A DNA stretch of 64,000 bases from Patescibacteria group bacterium (GTDB lineage Bacteria; Patescibacteriota; Microgenomatia; UBA1400; PJMF01): positions 13,373-77,372 of the forward strand of contig JBMORQ010000015.1 in NCBI GenBank assembly GCA_049322575.1, read 5' to 3'. A program made the translations under genes and the position numbers. The stretch's first letter is position 1. Each line of letters begins with the position of its first letter. The notes below the pieces were generated by a model. It did no database searches and was not told the DNA's origin. It worked only from the letters and a program-made list of their open reading frames with translations. Of the stretch, positions 28,997-37,551 are shown one piece after another.

Positions 28997-30217
28997 ATGC
29001 CCAGAACTCAGTCGTATCATTTGCATTTACCAGGTTTGAGTTTTGACCATGGTCGCGAGATGAATCTGCTGTACGTTGTTCGAACTTTGCGCGAAATGAG
29101 CAACACTTTGGTATTGTTTTACATACCCCTATTTCTTTTCCAAGAGTCAGGCGTCATCCTTGATGGTCTAAGTATGAGTAGGTTGTTAAAAGGTGTTTTA
29201 GTCATATCACTCTTTTATTTAACGGTGCGTGTTAGTCAGTTTTTATCAGGTATTTTTGTTGGAAAGATTCTCTCAAAGATTGGAATTGAACGTGGTTTTG
29301 TTATTGCTAACTTGATTTATCTGGTTAGTTTGTGCCTTTTTTTTCTTGCTACAACTCACCCCTTGATGATTTTTTTGGCTGCAATTTCCGAAGGTATTCA
29401 AATCAGTTTTTTTTGGCCTAGTTATCACACAATTATGAGCAAAAATGCTCATAAAAGTCGGATTGGACAAGACCTAGGCTTGGTCAAGTTCTTAATCACC
29501 TTGGTGACTATGATTGCTCCTGCAGCCGGAGGAGTGATCGTAGTGACATTTGGTTACCAATCGTTATTTTTGGCCGGAGCGGTGGTGGTCTTACTGGGAA
29601 TGATCACATCCCTGATGATGAAGAGTTGCACAGACGTCGATGAAATAAGCTGGAAGGAATTTTTCTCTTGGATTAAAGAAAAGACATATCGACGCTTGGC
29701 CGTTTCTTTTGCTGGTCGCTATGCCAATGACGCGGCCAAAACTCTCTGGCCACTCTACGTTTTTATATTACTTGGATCGGCTGATCGTGTTGGTTATTTG
29801 TATACCTTTTCCTTGTTTTTGGCGATGTTGGTAAGTTATTTTGTTGGTTTTTTGGTAGACAAACATCACAAGAATAACAAGCCTTTTGTCATGTCCGGTT
29901 GGGTATTATCAGCTTTATGGTTTTTTCGTACTCAAATATACAGTATTTGGACGATTGCAGTCGTTGATATGTTAGACAAGTTGGTGGGAAATTTTCATAG
30001 CTTGTTTTTTGATCGTGCTTGGATGCTGCGTGGTACAGGCAAAGAGGCACTATCATATTTTGTATATAGGGAAATGATTTTAAGTTTGGCCGCTTGGTTT
30101 TTTTGGCTGGTTTTTCTTCTATTTTTTGTTTTGTTTGATAACGGGTGGGTTGCTCTTTTTCTCTTTGCTGCTGTTGGAGTTTTGTTTAGTTTGTTTATCA
30201 AAGATCACAGGGGTTAA
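28997..30217 (+). CDS. Polytopic membrane protein, possibly an MFS-type transporter
   Basis: About 10 to 12 predicted hydrophobic helices; no diagnostic motif was recognised. Confidence 0.4.
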   Translation: MPRTQSYHLHLPGLSFDHGREMNLLYVVRTLREMSNTLVLFYIPLFLFQESGVILDGLSMSRLLKGVLVISLFYLTVRVSQFLSGIFVGKILSKIGIERGFVIANLIYLVSLCLFFLATTHPLMIFLAAISEGIQISFFWPSYHTIMSKNAHKSRIGQDLGLVKFLITLVTMIAPAAGGVIVVTFGYQSLFLAGAVVVLLGMITSLMMKSCTDVDEISWKEFFSWIKEKTYRRLAVSFAGRYANDAAKTLWPLYVFILLGSADRVGYLYTFSLFLAMLVSYFVGFLVDKHHKNNKPFVMSGWVLSALWFFRTQIYSIWTIAVVDMLDKLVGNFHSLFFDRAWMLRGTGKEALSYFVYREMILSLAAWFFWLVFLLFFVLFDNGWVALFLFAAVGVLFSLFIKDHRG

Positions 30218-30418
30218 TAGACTTGTAATAATAGCGTCATTTCGCTATAAGTCTATAAGACTCGCCGCGGAATAATGTTCTAATCACGAAACTGCTTTTT
30301 AGTGCTACCAGAGTTGGCTTCTCACTCGAAGTAGCTATACTAGTTGGCTGGAAAAGCAATCTAGCTGCACACAAAACCAGTTTTTTGCTACGAAATCTTA
30401 TTTCGTGGGGCATGTCTA
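30218..30418. repeat. Composite or long copy (about 200 bp) of the dispersed repeat, beginning exactly at the stop codon of the upstream gene
   Basis: A 5' hairpin (tagacttgtaataatagcgtcatttcgctataagtcta) is followed by an internal block homologous to copy 11683 (cacgaaactgctttttagtgctacc...ctcactcgaagtagcta). It ends with the terminal-inverted-repeat-like tatttcgtggggcatgtcta. Confidence 0.6.
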
Positions 30419-30487
30419 ACCTGATGGGGGTGCATTCTCACAATGGCGGAAAATAAAACTTGATGGAAGCATTTTTTCGAATCGATC

Positions 30488-30820
30488 ATGAATTCACAAA
30501 ATAAAACCAAAAAATCCATTACCAACTTTCAATCGGCTCAGTCGCTATTCTCAGGGTATAAACTTAATGATGCGGGTGGTTATATTAGCCGAGAGTTTCA
30601 GGACTATGGTTATCGCTTGGCGATGGAGCTGGATGATCTCAGACACAAAAGCTTGTATATTAAAATGGCTAAGGAATATGATAGGGTTATCTTGGAGAAG
30701 GCTCTTAGCTTTGTGAGTGATGCCAACGCTCAAAGCAAGGCAAAACTGTTCATGTGGAAGGTAAAGCAACTTAGAAAAATTGGACCCAACCAGATCTCCT
30801 CAAAAAAAGATGAAAAATAA
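30488..30820 (+). CDS. Hypothetical protein (110 aa)
   Basis: An ORF only; it overlaps the start of the next gene. Confidence 0.3.
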   Translation: MNSQNKTKKSITNFQSAQSLFSGYKLNDAGGYISREFQDYGYRLAMELDDLRHKSLYIKMAKEYDRVILEKALSFVSDANAQSKAKLFMWKVKQLRKIGPNQISSKKDEK

Positions 30821-32072
30821 AACAACGCTTATCTTAATGGTAATTTTAGCTATATTTGCAGTTCTGGCAGGCTACAACTACTTTAATAAACCGATTTTAA
30901 AATACCTGCAGGGTATTTCAGAGAAAAATAGTTTGGCAGAAAAAATTAATCAGCTGCAAAATCAGCAAGAGAGTGCCGAAGACAAGCTCTTAAAACAGTA
31001 CTCAACAGAAGAAAAGATTCATCAGCTTTTGGCTGTGCCGGTGGTGATAAATAAGTCCACTGATTCCACGGGTGGAAATATTAGTACAGCGAGTGCCTTG
31101 GTCGACAGTTCCTCCGGAGTGTCGCTGGCTTGGGTAGAGAGTCATCTTCCAGGAGCGGTGGTTATATTCGGGGAGAGAGTCTCATCCGATTCGGCAAAGT
31201 TTGTTATTGATGAAATTAAGAGCTTTGTATCGGTTGCGGATCTCGGGTCACAGGAAAAGAGGCATTTTTTACCGATCATAGCGGTGGATCATGAAGGTGG
31301 CTCGGTCCAGCGATTGTCTGGGACTGGTTTCAGCGATTTACCGCCATGGAGATCGATTTGTGGATTTTCTGCTGAAAAGCAGGCGGAGATTTTTACTCAG
31401 TCTGCCTCGGAGTTGGCTGGAGTAGGTGTCAACATGATTCTGGCTCCTAGTCTGGATCTGGCAGAAAGCCACCGTGTTTTTAAGGACCGATTTTGTGGCG
31501 ATCAAGAGCAGTTGTATCAGGCTGCAGATAGTATGATCATGGCTTTTGCCCGACAGGGCATTATCTCTGTTGTTAAGCATTTTCCCGGCATTGGCCAGAC
31601 AACCCTGGATCTGCACAAAACCGAACAGGAAGTAGATGTTTCTCTTGAAGAAATGCAGATGTTTCAGGCTATTTTGGACAAGTATGCAAATATCGGTGTG
31701 ATGTCAGCTCACTTGATCGTTAAGGATCGGTTTTCTGGGACGCCATGTTCTTTGAGCAGCGAGTGCCTTGGTTACTTGCGCAGAGATTATCCGCAGGTGT
31801 TGGTTATGAGTGACGCCATCGAGATGAGGTCGGCTCTAATGGTTTTTGAGCAGTCCGGCCAAGTTGAGCCAGCTACCGATGTAGAATTAATCTCGAAAGC
31901 CTCTACTCAGGCCATTCTGGCGGGGAATGACCTGGTGGTTTTTGGCAGAGGGGTATCAGAGAATGATCTGCAAGCGGTTATCGGAGTCTTGGTGGATAAA
32001 TATCAAGGTGATGCTGAGTTTAGGAAACGGGTCGACGAATCATTTATTAAGGTTGTGGGGCTCAAGAAATGA
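30780..32072 (+). CDS. Glycoside hydrolase family 3 beta-N-acetylhexosaminidase-like enzyme (NagZ-like) with an N-terminal membrane anchor
   Basis: The GH3 N-domain motifs IAVDHEGGSVQRL and KHFPGIGQT; the more probable start is MKNKTT at about 30810. Confidence 0.75.
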   Translation: MDPTRSPQKKMKNKTTLILMVILAIFAVLAGYNYFNKPILKYLQGISEKNSLAEKINQLQNQQESAEDKLLKQYSTEEKIHQLLAVPVVINKSTDSTGGNISTASALVDSSSGVSLAWVESHLPGAVVIFGERVSSDSAKFVIDEIKSFVSVADLGSQEKRHFLPIIAVDHEGGSVQRLSGTGFSDLPPWRSICGFSAEKQAEIFTQSASELAGVGVNMILAPSLDLAESHRVFKDRFCGDQEQLYQAADSMIMAFARQGIISVVKHFPGIGQTTLDLHKTEQEVDVSLEEMQMFQAILDKYANIGVMSAHLIVKDRFSGTPCSLSSECLGYLRRDYPQVLVMSDAIEMRSALMVFEQSGQVEPATDVELISKASTQAILAGNDLVVFGRGVSENDLQAVIGVLVDKYQGDAEFRKRVDESFIKVVGLKK

Positions 32073-32542
32073 AACGAGCCAAGCTAGCATACCTCTGGTC
32101 ATTGCTAATTTGCTTGGTTTATCTGGCAGCAATCTTGTTGCTTGGGGACTGGATTTCAGCAATCTGGTTCGCTTTTGGCTGTACAATCGCTTGGGTGTTG
32201 TTATTAGTTGACGAATTATTTTTGGTAAAGCTATACCGCGAGCAAGCTAATGATAGTTTTTTAATCTCTCGTTCAGTGCTTTTTCTCTTTGCCTTATTTG
32301 TTGCCAGCGTTTTTTTGTTGACGACAGTTAGAAGTTGGCAAGGCAGTGGTATGTTAATTGGCATCTGGTCATTGTTGGTTTGTGAAATGTGGCTCTGGCG
32401 CTCACAGCCCGAGTGGTTTGCAACAAGGTTTTTGTCTCAGTTGCAGAGGCGGGCTAGTAGGAGAGAAATTAATTATTTGACTATCTTGATGACGATCTGG
32501 CTAGGGGTGATTTGTTTAGTAAGTTGGCTGGTGATGAGGTAG
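32069..32542 (+). CDS. Hypothetical membrane protein (157 aa), translationally coupled to the GH3 gene
   Basis: A 4-nt overlap with the upstream stop codon and four hydrophobic helices. Confidence 0.4.
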   Translation: MKRAKLAYLWSLLICLVYLAAILLLGDWISAIWFAFGCTIAWVLLLVDELFLVKLYREQANDSFLISRSVLFLFALFVASVFLLTTVRSWQGSGMLIGIWSLLVCEMWLWRSQPEWFATRFLSQLQRRASRREINYLTILMTIWLGVICLVSWLVMR

Positions 32543-32579
32543 CAGTCAGGCGCGACAATGAGCTTGTACAAAACTGCTT

Positions 32580-32672
32580 TATAGCTGCTGCAAGTTTATT
32601 TCACTCTAAGACAGCAGCTTTCGCTCAACTAAATCAGTTTTCACTACAAGATCTTATTTGACAGAAAGTCTA
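32580..32672. repeat. Partial copy (right half) of the dispersed repeat
   Basis: The sequence ctttcgctcaactaaatcagttttcactacaagatcttatttgacagaaagtcta aligns with the right-hand 55 nt of copy 11683-11844. Confidence 0.45.
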
Positions 32673-32751
32673 TTTAAAAACCAGTCAATCACGACGAGTT
32701 TATTGAGACAGAACAAATTTTCACGGGAAAATTGATCATTAAGCCAAACCT

Positions 32752-33591
32752 ATGAATTTTCTTACACACCCTGCTATAACTCCAACCGGTATCTGGTTTT
32801 TTGGTCTGAGGTTTAATTATTATGGCTTGATCGTGGGTTTGGCGATGCTTGTTTTTTACTCGGTAATTAATATTCTTGCCAAGAAAGAGAGGAATCCCCA
32901 TTTTAGCGATCTTTACTTTTTGGGCTTGGTTGTCTCGGCACTTGTGGGTGCTAGGATTTGGCATCTGGTAACGGATTTTCAACTTTATCTTGATGATTGG
33001 TGGCAGGCTTTTTATATTTGGCGCGGTGGTCTGAGTATCTTGGGAGCGATTGGTGTGGGATTGCTCTACTCTCTCGCTTGGTGGCGTGTTAAAAATCTTT
33101 CTTGGTCGGCAATGCGACACAATCTCGATATGGCGATTTTTGCTTTGCCCTTAGCTCAAATGATTGGACGTTTTGCTAATTATCTAAATCAAGAGTTGCC
33201 AGGGAGGCCGACCTCTCTCCCCTGGGCAATGAGCTTGGAACCTGCGGTAAGACCAGAGGGTTTCGAGTATTATGAGGGCTTCCATCCTCTTTTTGCCTAC
33301 GAGTCGATCGTCTTGTTGGCGCTATTTTTTGTCTTTTTATTAGGTTGGAAGAAAGGATGGTTACGTTTTGGCTCGGGAAAGTTGAGTTGCTTGTATTTTC
33401 TTATTTATGGATCCATGCGCTTTTTCCTTGATTTCCTGAGAATCGAGCCAAAAACTGGCTTGGGGTTGGGAAAAAATCAGCTTTTTTTACTGTTTTTATT
33501 TTTATCGTTATTCTTCATAATGGTTGTCAAGAAGATAGTTGGACAGCGCTCTTTTCAGCAAGTCTTTAGGAAAGTGGTGAGGTGCAAATGA
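32752..33591 (+). CDS. lgt: Prolipoprotein diacylglyceryl transferase
   Basis: The Lgt signature GRFANYLNQELPGRPTSLPWAM (matching G-R-x-G-N-F-x-N-x-E), plus the WRGGLSILGAIGVG segment. Confidence 0.85.
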   Translation: MNFLTHPAITPTGIWFFGLRFNYYGLIVGLAMLVFYSVINILAKKERNPHFSDLYFLGLVVSALVGARIWHLVTDFQLYLDDWWQAFYIWRGGLSILGAIGVGLLYSLAWWRVKNLSWSAMRHNLDMAIFALPLAQMIGRFANYLNQELPGRPTSLPWAMSLEPAVRPEGFEYYEGFHPLFAYESIVLLALFFVFLLGWKKGWLRFGSGKLSCLYFLIYGSMRFFLDFLRIEPKTGLGLGKNQLFLLFLFLSLFFIMVVKKIVGQRSFQQVFRKVVRCK

Positions 33592-34088
33592 AAATTAATT
33601 GGTTGATCGTAATAATAATCGTTATTTTACTTGCTGGATCAGGATTTTTTGCCTTTGGTTTTTTTCAGCCAAAAAGAGCAACTTTGGCAACCTTTCAACA
33701 AATCCAAGATGGGTCAAAGATAAAAATTAAGCTTGGTAAGCAGGTCATCGAAGTTGAGGTTGCTAATACCGATACCAGTCGTACCCAGGGCTTGAGTGAT
33801 CGGCAGGAAATTGGTAGCGATGGTTTGCTTTTTGTTTTTGACAAACCCGACCAGTATCGTTTTTGGATGAAGCAGATGCGGTTTGGACTCGATTTCATTT
33901 GGTTGGCTGATCAAAAGATTGTGGAGATTACTCGAGATGTGCCACCGCCGGTGGAAGGTCAGCAGTTGCAGTTTTTAGACATCTATCAACCTGCAGTTCC
34001 AGCCGACATGATGATTGAGGTGGCTGCGGGACAGGCTGAGAAATGGGGTTTGGAAGTTGACCAGGAATTGAAGTTAGTTTCTCAATAG
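33582..34088 (+). CDS. DUF192-domain protein (small secreted or membrane-anchored)
   Basis: An N-terminal transmembrane segment and a DUF192-like core (LFVFDKPDQYRFWMKQMRFGLDFIWL). Confidence 0.65.
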   Translation: MQMKINWLIVIIIVILLAGSGFFAFGFFQPKRATLATFQQIQDGSKIKIKLGKQVIEVEVANTDTSRTQGLSDRQEIGSDGLLFVFDKPDQYRFWMKQMRFGLDFIWLADQKIVEITRDVPPPVEGQQLQFLDIYQPAVPADMMIEVAAGQAEKWGLEVDQELKLVSQ

Positions 34089-34122
34089 GCTTGTAACGAA
34101 AATTTTATTTCGCTACGAGTCT
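34086..34122. repeat. Minimal hairpin version of the dispersed repeat (taggcttgtaacgaaaattttatttcgctacgagtct)
   Basis: A near-perfect palindrome whose first three bases, TAG, are the stop codon of the DUF192 gene; this placement is terminator-like. Confidence 0.55.
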
Positions 34123-34212
34123 CATAGATTCCCTGAGGATATGGCGCTATGCGAGATACTTATGGCGTTTGGCTTCTTCTCGATTAGTAGAAAAAAATGT
34201 ATCATGTAGCAG

Positions 34213-34968
34213 ATGGATCAATCTGCTCAAAACTTGTCGAGTCAAATAAAATCTGGAATTCGGAAACAGTTGACAAAGCTGTCAACTCCGCCTGTTTCTC
34301 TGGACTATTCGGTATCGACGACCTCAGCTCAGCCCACTGCCTCATACTCGGTAGGTGTGCAAGATGAGCTGACAGCCCAAGATTTATCGCCAATCCAAGA
34401 TACACCAACAGCCCACAATATACCAAGCGGCCAAAACCCACCAGCTCATCCTGCCTTTAATCAGAACTCAACACAAAATCAATCAGGGGATGATGATCTC
34501 GATCTGTTGATCGAGTCCATTGAGCAGGTAGAAGCTATGCCCCAGGTACTGCCAGAGGTATTTTTAAGGGCTAGTGATACGCTCAACCCGCCGGTGGCAT
34601 ATTCAGCGAAAAAAGAGACATTTGATGCAGCCGTTGGTCCTGATTTGAGCCAAGAGGATGGTGGAAAGGGCGTCCAATACGTTGAAACCGAGCCGTCGCC
34701 TGAGATATCGCCTGAGATTGAGGCATATCTACAGAAAGTTGAGCAGAGCCAGGATCAATTGCCTCAGGAAATAGTGGTGGCAGATGGCAGTATTGACCAG
34801 CCGGTTGGTCATGCTCGGCCATCCAAACCAGTGGTGGTTTTGCCCATTACTCAGGAAATCGAGGAAGAAGGCCAGAAAAAGAGTCCGGTTTTTAGTATCC
34901 GCTGGTTGGTTGAGTGGAGCCAAAAAATCATGAAGATGTTTGTGGGACGGGTTATCTATCGTCAGTAG
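34213..34968 (+). CDS. Hypothetical Pro/Gln/Ser-rich low-complexity protein
   Basis: An ORF with biased composition and no recognisable domain. Confidence 0.35.
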   Translation: MDQSAQNLSSQIKSGIRKQLTKLSTPPVSLDYSVSTTSAQPTASYSVGVQDELTAQDLSPIQDTPTAHNIPSGQNPPAHPAFNQNSTQNQSGDDDLDLLIESIEQVEAMPQVLPEVFLRASDTLNPPVAYSAKKETFDAAVGPDLSQEDGGKGVQYVETEPSPEISPEIEAYLQKVEQSQDQLPQEIVVADGSIDQPVGHARPSKPVVVLPITQEIEEEGQKKSPVFSIRWLVEWSQKIMKMFVGRVIYRQ

Positions 34969-35102
34969 ATTTTTACTGGGCTTAAAGTTTAATTGAAAGC
35001 AGATTCTCGCTCCAGGTGATGTGGAAGTTGGCAAAAGTAACCAACAAAGTAACCAACAAAGCAACCAAACAGGTGGACTTCTCGGCAAATAAAAGTCATA
35101 AT

Positions 35103-35180
35103 AGACTCGGTGTGAATCTAGTTTTATTGTGCAAAAATGGTTCTTGCGAGTAATAAAAATGTTATTTCACTACAAATCTA
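35103..35180. repeat. Partial copy of the dispersed repeat upstream of the T4CP gene (right terminal inverted repeat gtaataaaaatgttatttcactacaaatcta, preceded by a tagactcggtgtgaatcta mini-palindrome)
   Basis: The right terminal inverted repeat is almost identical to that at 50480-50510. Confidence 0.55.
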
Positions 35181-35191
35181 ATTAACAAAAA

Positions 35192-37534
35192 ATGAGAAAC
35201 ATATCCACTCCAGAGCAGATGGCAGAAAAAGCAATGGGCGTTGTTTTTGGCCTATTTATGCTTGTGTTCTTGTTGGCTGCACTGATAGGAATTGCTTACT
35301 TATTATTTCTTTGGTTGAAGCGTCGCAATCGCGAAAACTACGCTCTGGATTTTGTTACCCTCATGATCCGGTTACCAAAAGACAACGAGATCAAGGTCGA
35401 TGCTGCTGAGCAGATGTTTGCCAGTCTTTTCTCTCTTAAAAAATCTGGCTGGATGGCCTTCGCCAAACCTGAAGAGGTGATTAGCTTTGAGATTGTGGCA
35501 CTCAAGGAATACATCGCATTTTATGTTTGCTGTCCCAAACGCATCCGTGATCTGGTAGAAAAACAAATTCAGGGCGCATATCCTCAAAGTGATATTAAAC
35601 AGGTGGATGAAGTTAATATTTTTAATGAAAATGGTAGGGTGGCCTTCGCCGATATTAAGTTGTCGAAGTCCAAGTATTTACCCATTAAAACCTACAAAGA
35701 TTTGCCAACCGATGGTTTGTCTTTGATAACTTCTGCTATGTCCAAGATGGGCGATGGTGAAGGTGCAATTTTGCAGTTTCTCTTCCAGCCCGAAGGCCAT
35801 AAATGGCAGGTTGCTGGGCGCTCCTACATGCAAAAAGAGAAAAAACGTGAGGCAGATCCAGACAAGGCGAGTTATAACCATGATCCTAAAGAAATGGAGG
35901 CGATAGGTAATAAGATTGAAAAGCCAGGATTTCGGGTAGCGATTCGAGCGGTGGTTTCGTCGCCCAACGAAATGATGGCTAAATCTCATTTGGAAAACAT
36001 TGTTGGAGCTTTTTCTCAGTTTACTTCTGCTTACAACAACTTTGGCAAACACATTCCTTTTTTTAAACACTTTTTCATGATCGATTTTATTTATCGTTAC
36101 ATGCCTTTTTTTGATCGCAATGTTTGCACTTTGAACACTGAGGAATTTGCCACGGTTTTTCATCTGCCAAATAAAACAGTTGCGACACACCACATCCAAT
36201 GGTTAACCGCAAAAAATGCCCCTGCACCAAACAATATTCCCAATCAAGGTTTGTATTTAGGCAAATCGATGTATCGTGGCGAAGCCCGTGAGGTTTTCAT
36301 GGACATCAACGACAGGCGTCGACACATGTACATTATTGGAAAAACCGGTACCGGTAAATCAGAGTATTTGAAAGAAATGATTTTACAGGATATTGAAAAC
36401 GGTTATGGAGTTTGTGCTATCGACCCCCATGGTGAGTTTGTTGAAGACATCTTACAACTCATGCCACCAGAGCGCGCCGAAGACGTAATTTATTTTAACC
36501 CCTCGGATTTGGAGAGGCCGATGGGCTTGAACATGATGGAGGCCGACACCGAGGAGCAGCGTCATTTTGTGGTGAGCTCGATCATCGGCTTGATGTATAA
36601 GCTTTACGATCCTCACCGCACTGGTATCATTGGTCCCCGTTTTGAGCACGCTATCCGCAACGCCATGTTAACTGTCATGAGCCGAGAAAACTCAACGTTT
36701 ATTGAGCTAGTGCGTTGTTTGACCGATCAAAAATTTGTTGAAGAAATGCTGCCTTATGTTAAAGACCCGGTGGTGAAACGCTATTGGACGGATCAGATCG
36801 CTCAGACCTCAGACTTTCACAAATCGGAAGTTTTGGATTACATCGTTTCCAAGTTTGGCCGCTTTGTAACTAACAAAACCATGCGTAATATTATTGGTCA
36901 AACTCAAAGTGCTTTTAATTTCCGCAAGGCCATGGACGAGAAGAAAATTATTTTGGTTAATTTATCCAAGGGTATTTTGGGCGAGGAAGACGCCAAGTTT
37001 TTAGGTTTGATTTTGGTGCCAAAAGTCCTGACTGCGGCCATGAGCCGTCAAGATGTGCCGATGGATCAACGCGAAGACTTTTTCCTTTATGTTGACGAGT
37101 TTCAGAACTACGCCACCGAGGATTTTGCTACGATCTTGTCCGAGGCGCGTAAATATCGTTTAAATCTAATCGTGGCTAACCAGTTTATTGGTCAGATTGA
37201 CGAAGAGATCAAGAATGCGGTTTTTGGCAACGTTGGCACGATTGTCTCTTTCCGCGTGGGTGTGACTGATGCCAACTTTTTGCAACACGAGTTTGCGCCA
37301 GTTTTTAACGAAAACGACCTGACCAACATCGAGAAATTTCACGTATACATCAAGACAATTGTTAAGAACGAACCAGTTGAAGCCTTTAGTATGTCGCTGC
37401 AAAAAGACATGGACGCGCAACAGGCTCGGATGAATCCCAAATTGGCGGAAATGATCAAAGAACTCTCGCGCTTGAAATACGGCAAGGACCGCTCGGTCAT
37501 TGAGGCCGACATGCAGGTGCGGGCGAAGTTGTAG
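35192..37534 (+). CDS. VirD4/TraG-family type IV coupling protein-like ATPase (T4CP)
   Basis: An N-terminal transmembrane helix, a Walker A motif (IIGKTGTGKSEY) followed by AIDPHGE (compare the xxDPKGD of TrwB/VirD4), a Walker B motif (FFLYVDEFQNY), and the T4CP-like LIVANQFIGQI motif (the Q-x-x-x-Q-L family). Confidence 0.6.
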   Translation: MRNISTPEQMAEKAMGVVFGLFMLVFLLAALIGIAYLLFLWLKRRNRENYALDFVTLMIRLPKDNEIKVDAAEQMFASLFSLKKSGWMAFAKPEEVISFEIVALKEYIAFYVCCPKRIRDLVEKQIQGAYPQSDIKQVDEVNIFNENGRVAFADIKLSKSKYLPIKTYKDLPTDGLSLITSAMSKMGDGEGAILQFLFQPEGHKWQVAGRSYMQKEKKREADPDKASYNHDPKEMEAIGNKIEKPGFRVAIRAVVSSPNEMMAKSHLENIVGAFSQFTSAYNNFGKHIPFFKHFFMIDFIYRYMPFFDRNVCTLNTEEFATVFHLPNKTVATHHIQWLTAKNAPAPNNIPNQGLYLGKSMYRGEAREVFMDINDRRRHMYIIGKTGTGKSEYLKEMILQDIENGYGVCAIDPHGEFVEDILQLMPPERAEDVIYFNPSDLERPMGLNMMEADTEEQRHFVVSSIIGLMYKLYDPHRTGIIGPRFEHAIRNAMLTVMSRENSTFIELVRCLTDQKFVEEMLPYVKDPVVKRYWTDQIAQTSDFHKSEVLDYIVSKFGRFVTNKTMRNIIGQTQSAFNFRKAMDEKKIILVNLSKGILGEEDAKFLGLILVPKVLTAAMSRQDVPMDQREDFFLYVDEFQNYATEDFATILSEARKYRLNLIVANQFIGQIDEEIKNAVFGNVGTIVSFRVGVTDANFLQHEFAPVFNENDLTNIEKFHVYIKTIVKNEPVEAFSMSLQKDMDAQQARMNPKLAEMIKELSRLKYGKDRSVIEADMQVRAKL

Positions 37535-37551
37535 AGAAAAACGATGTTTTC

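Noticed and set aside
35678-36199. 173-aa minus-strand ORF inside the T4CP gene, and other antisense ORFs in the large + strand genes (37166-37420, 37937-38212, 39307-39558, 40174-40392)
   Set aside because: They lie inside long genes with recognisable domains on the opposite strand. They are AT-rich shadow ORFs of low-complexity translation.
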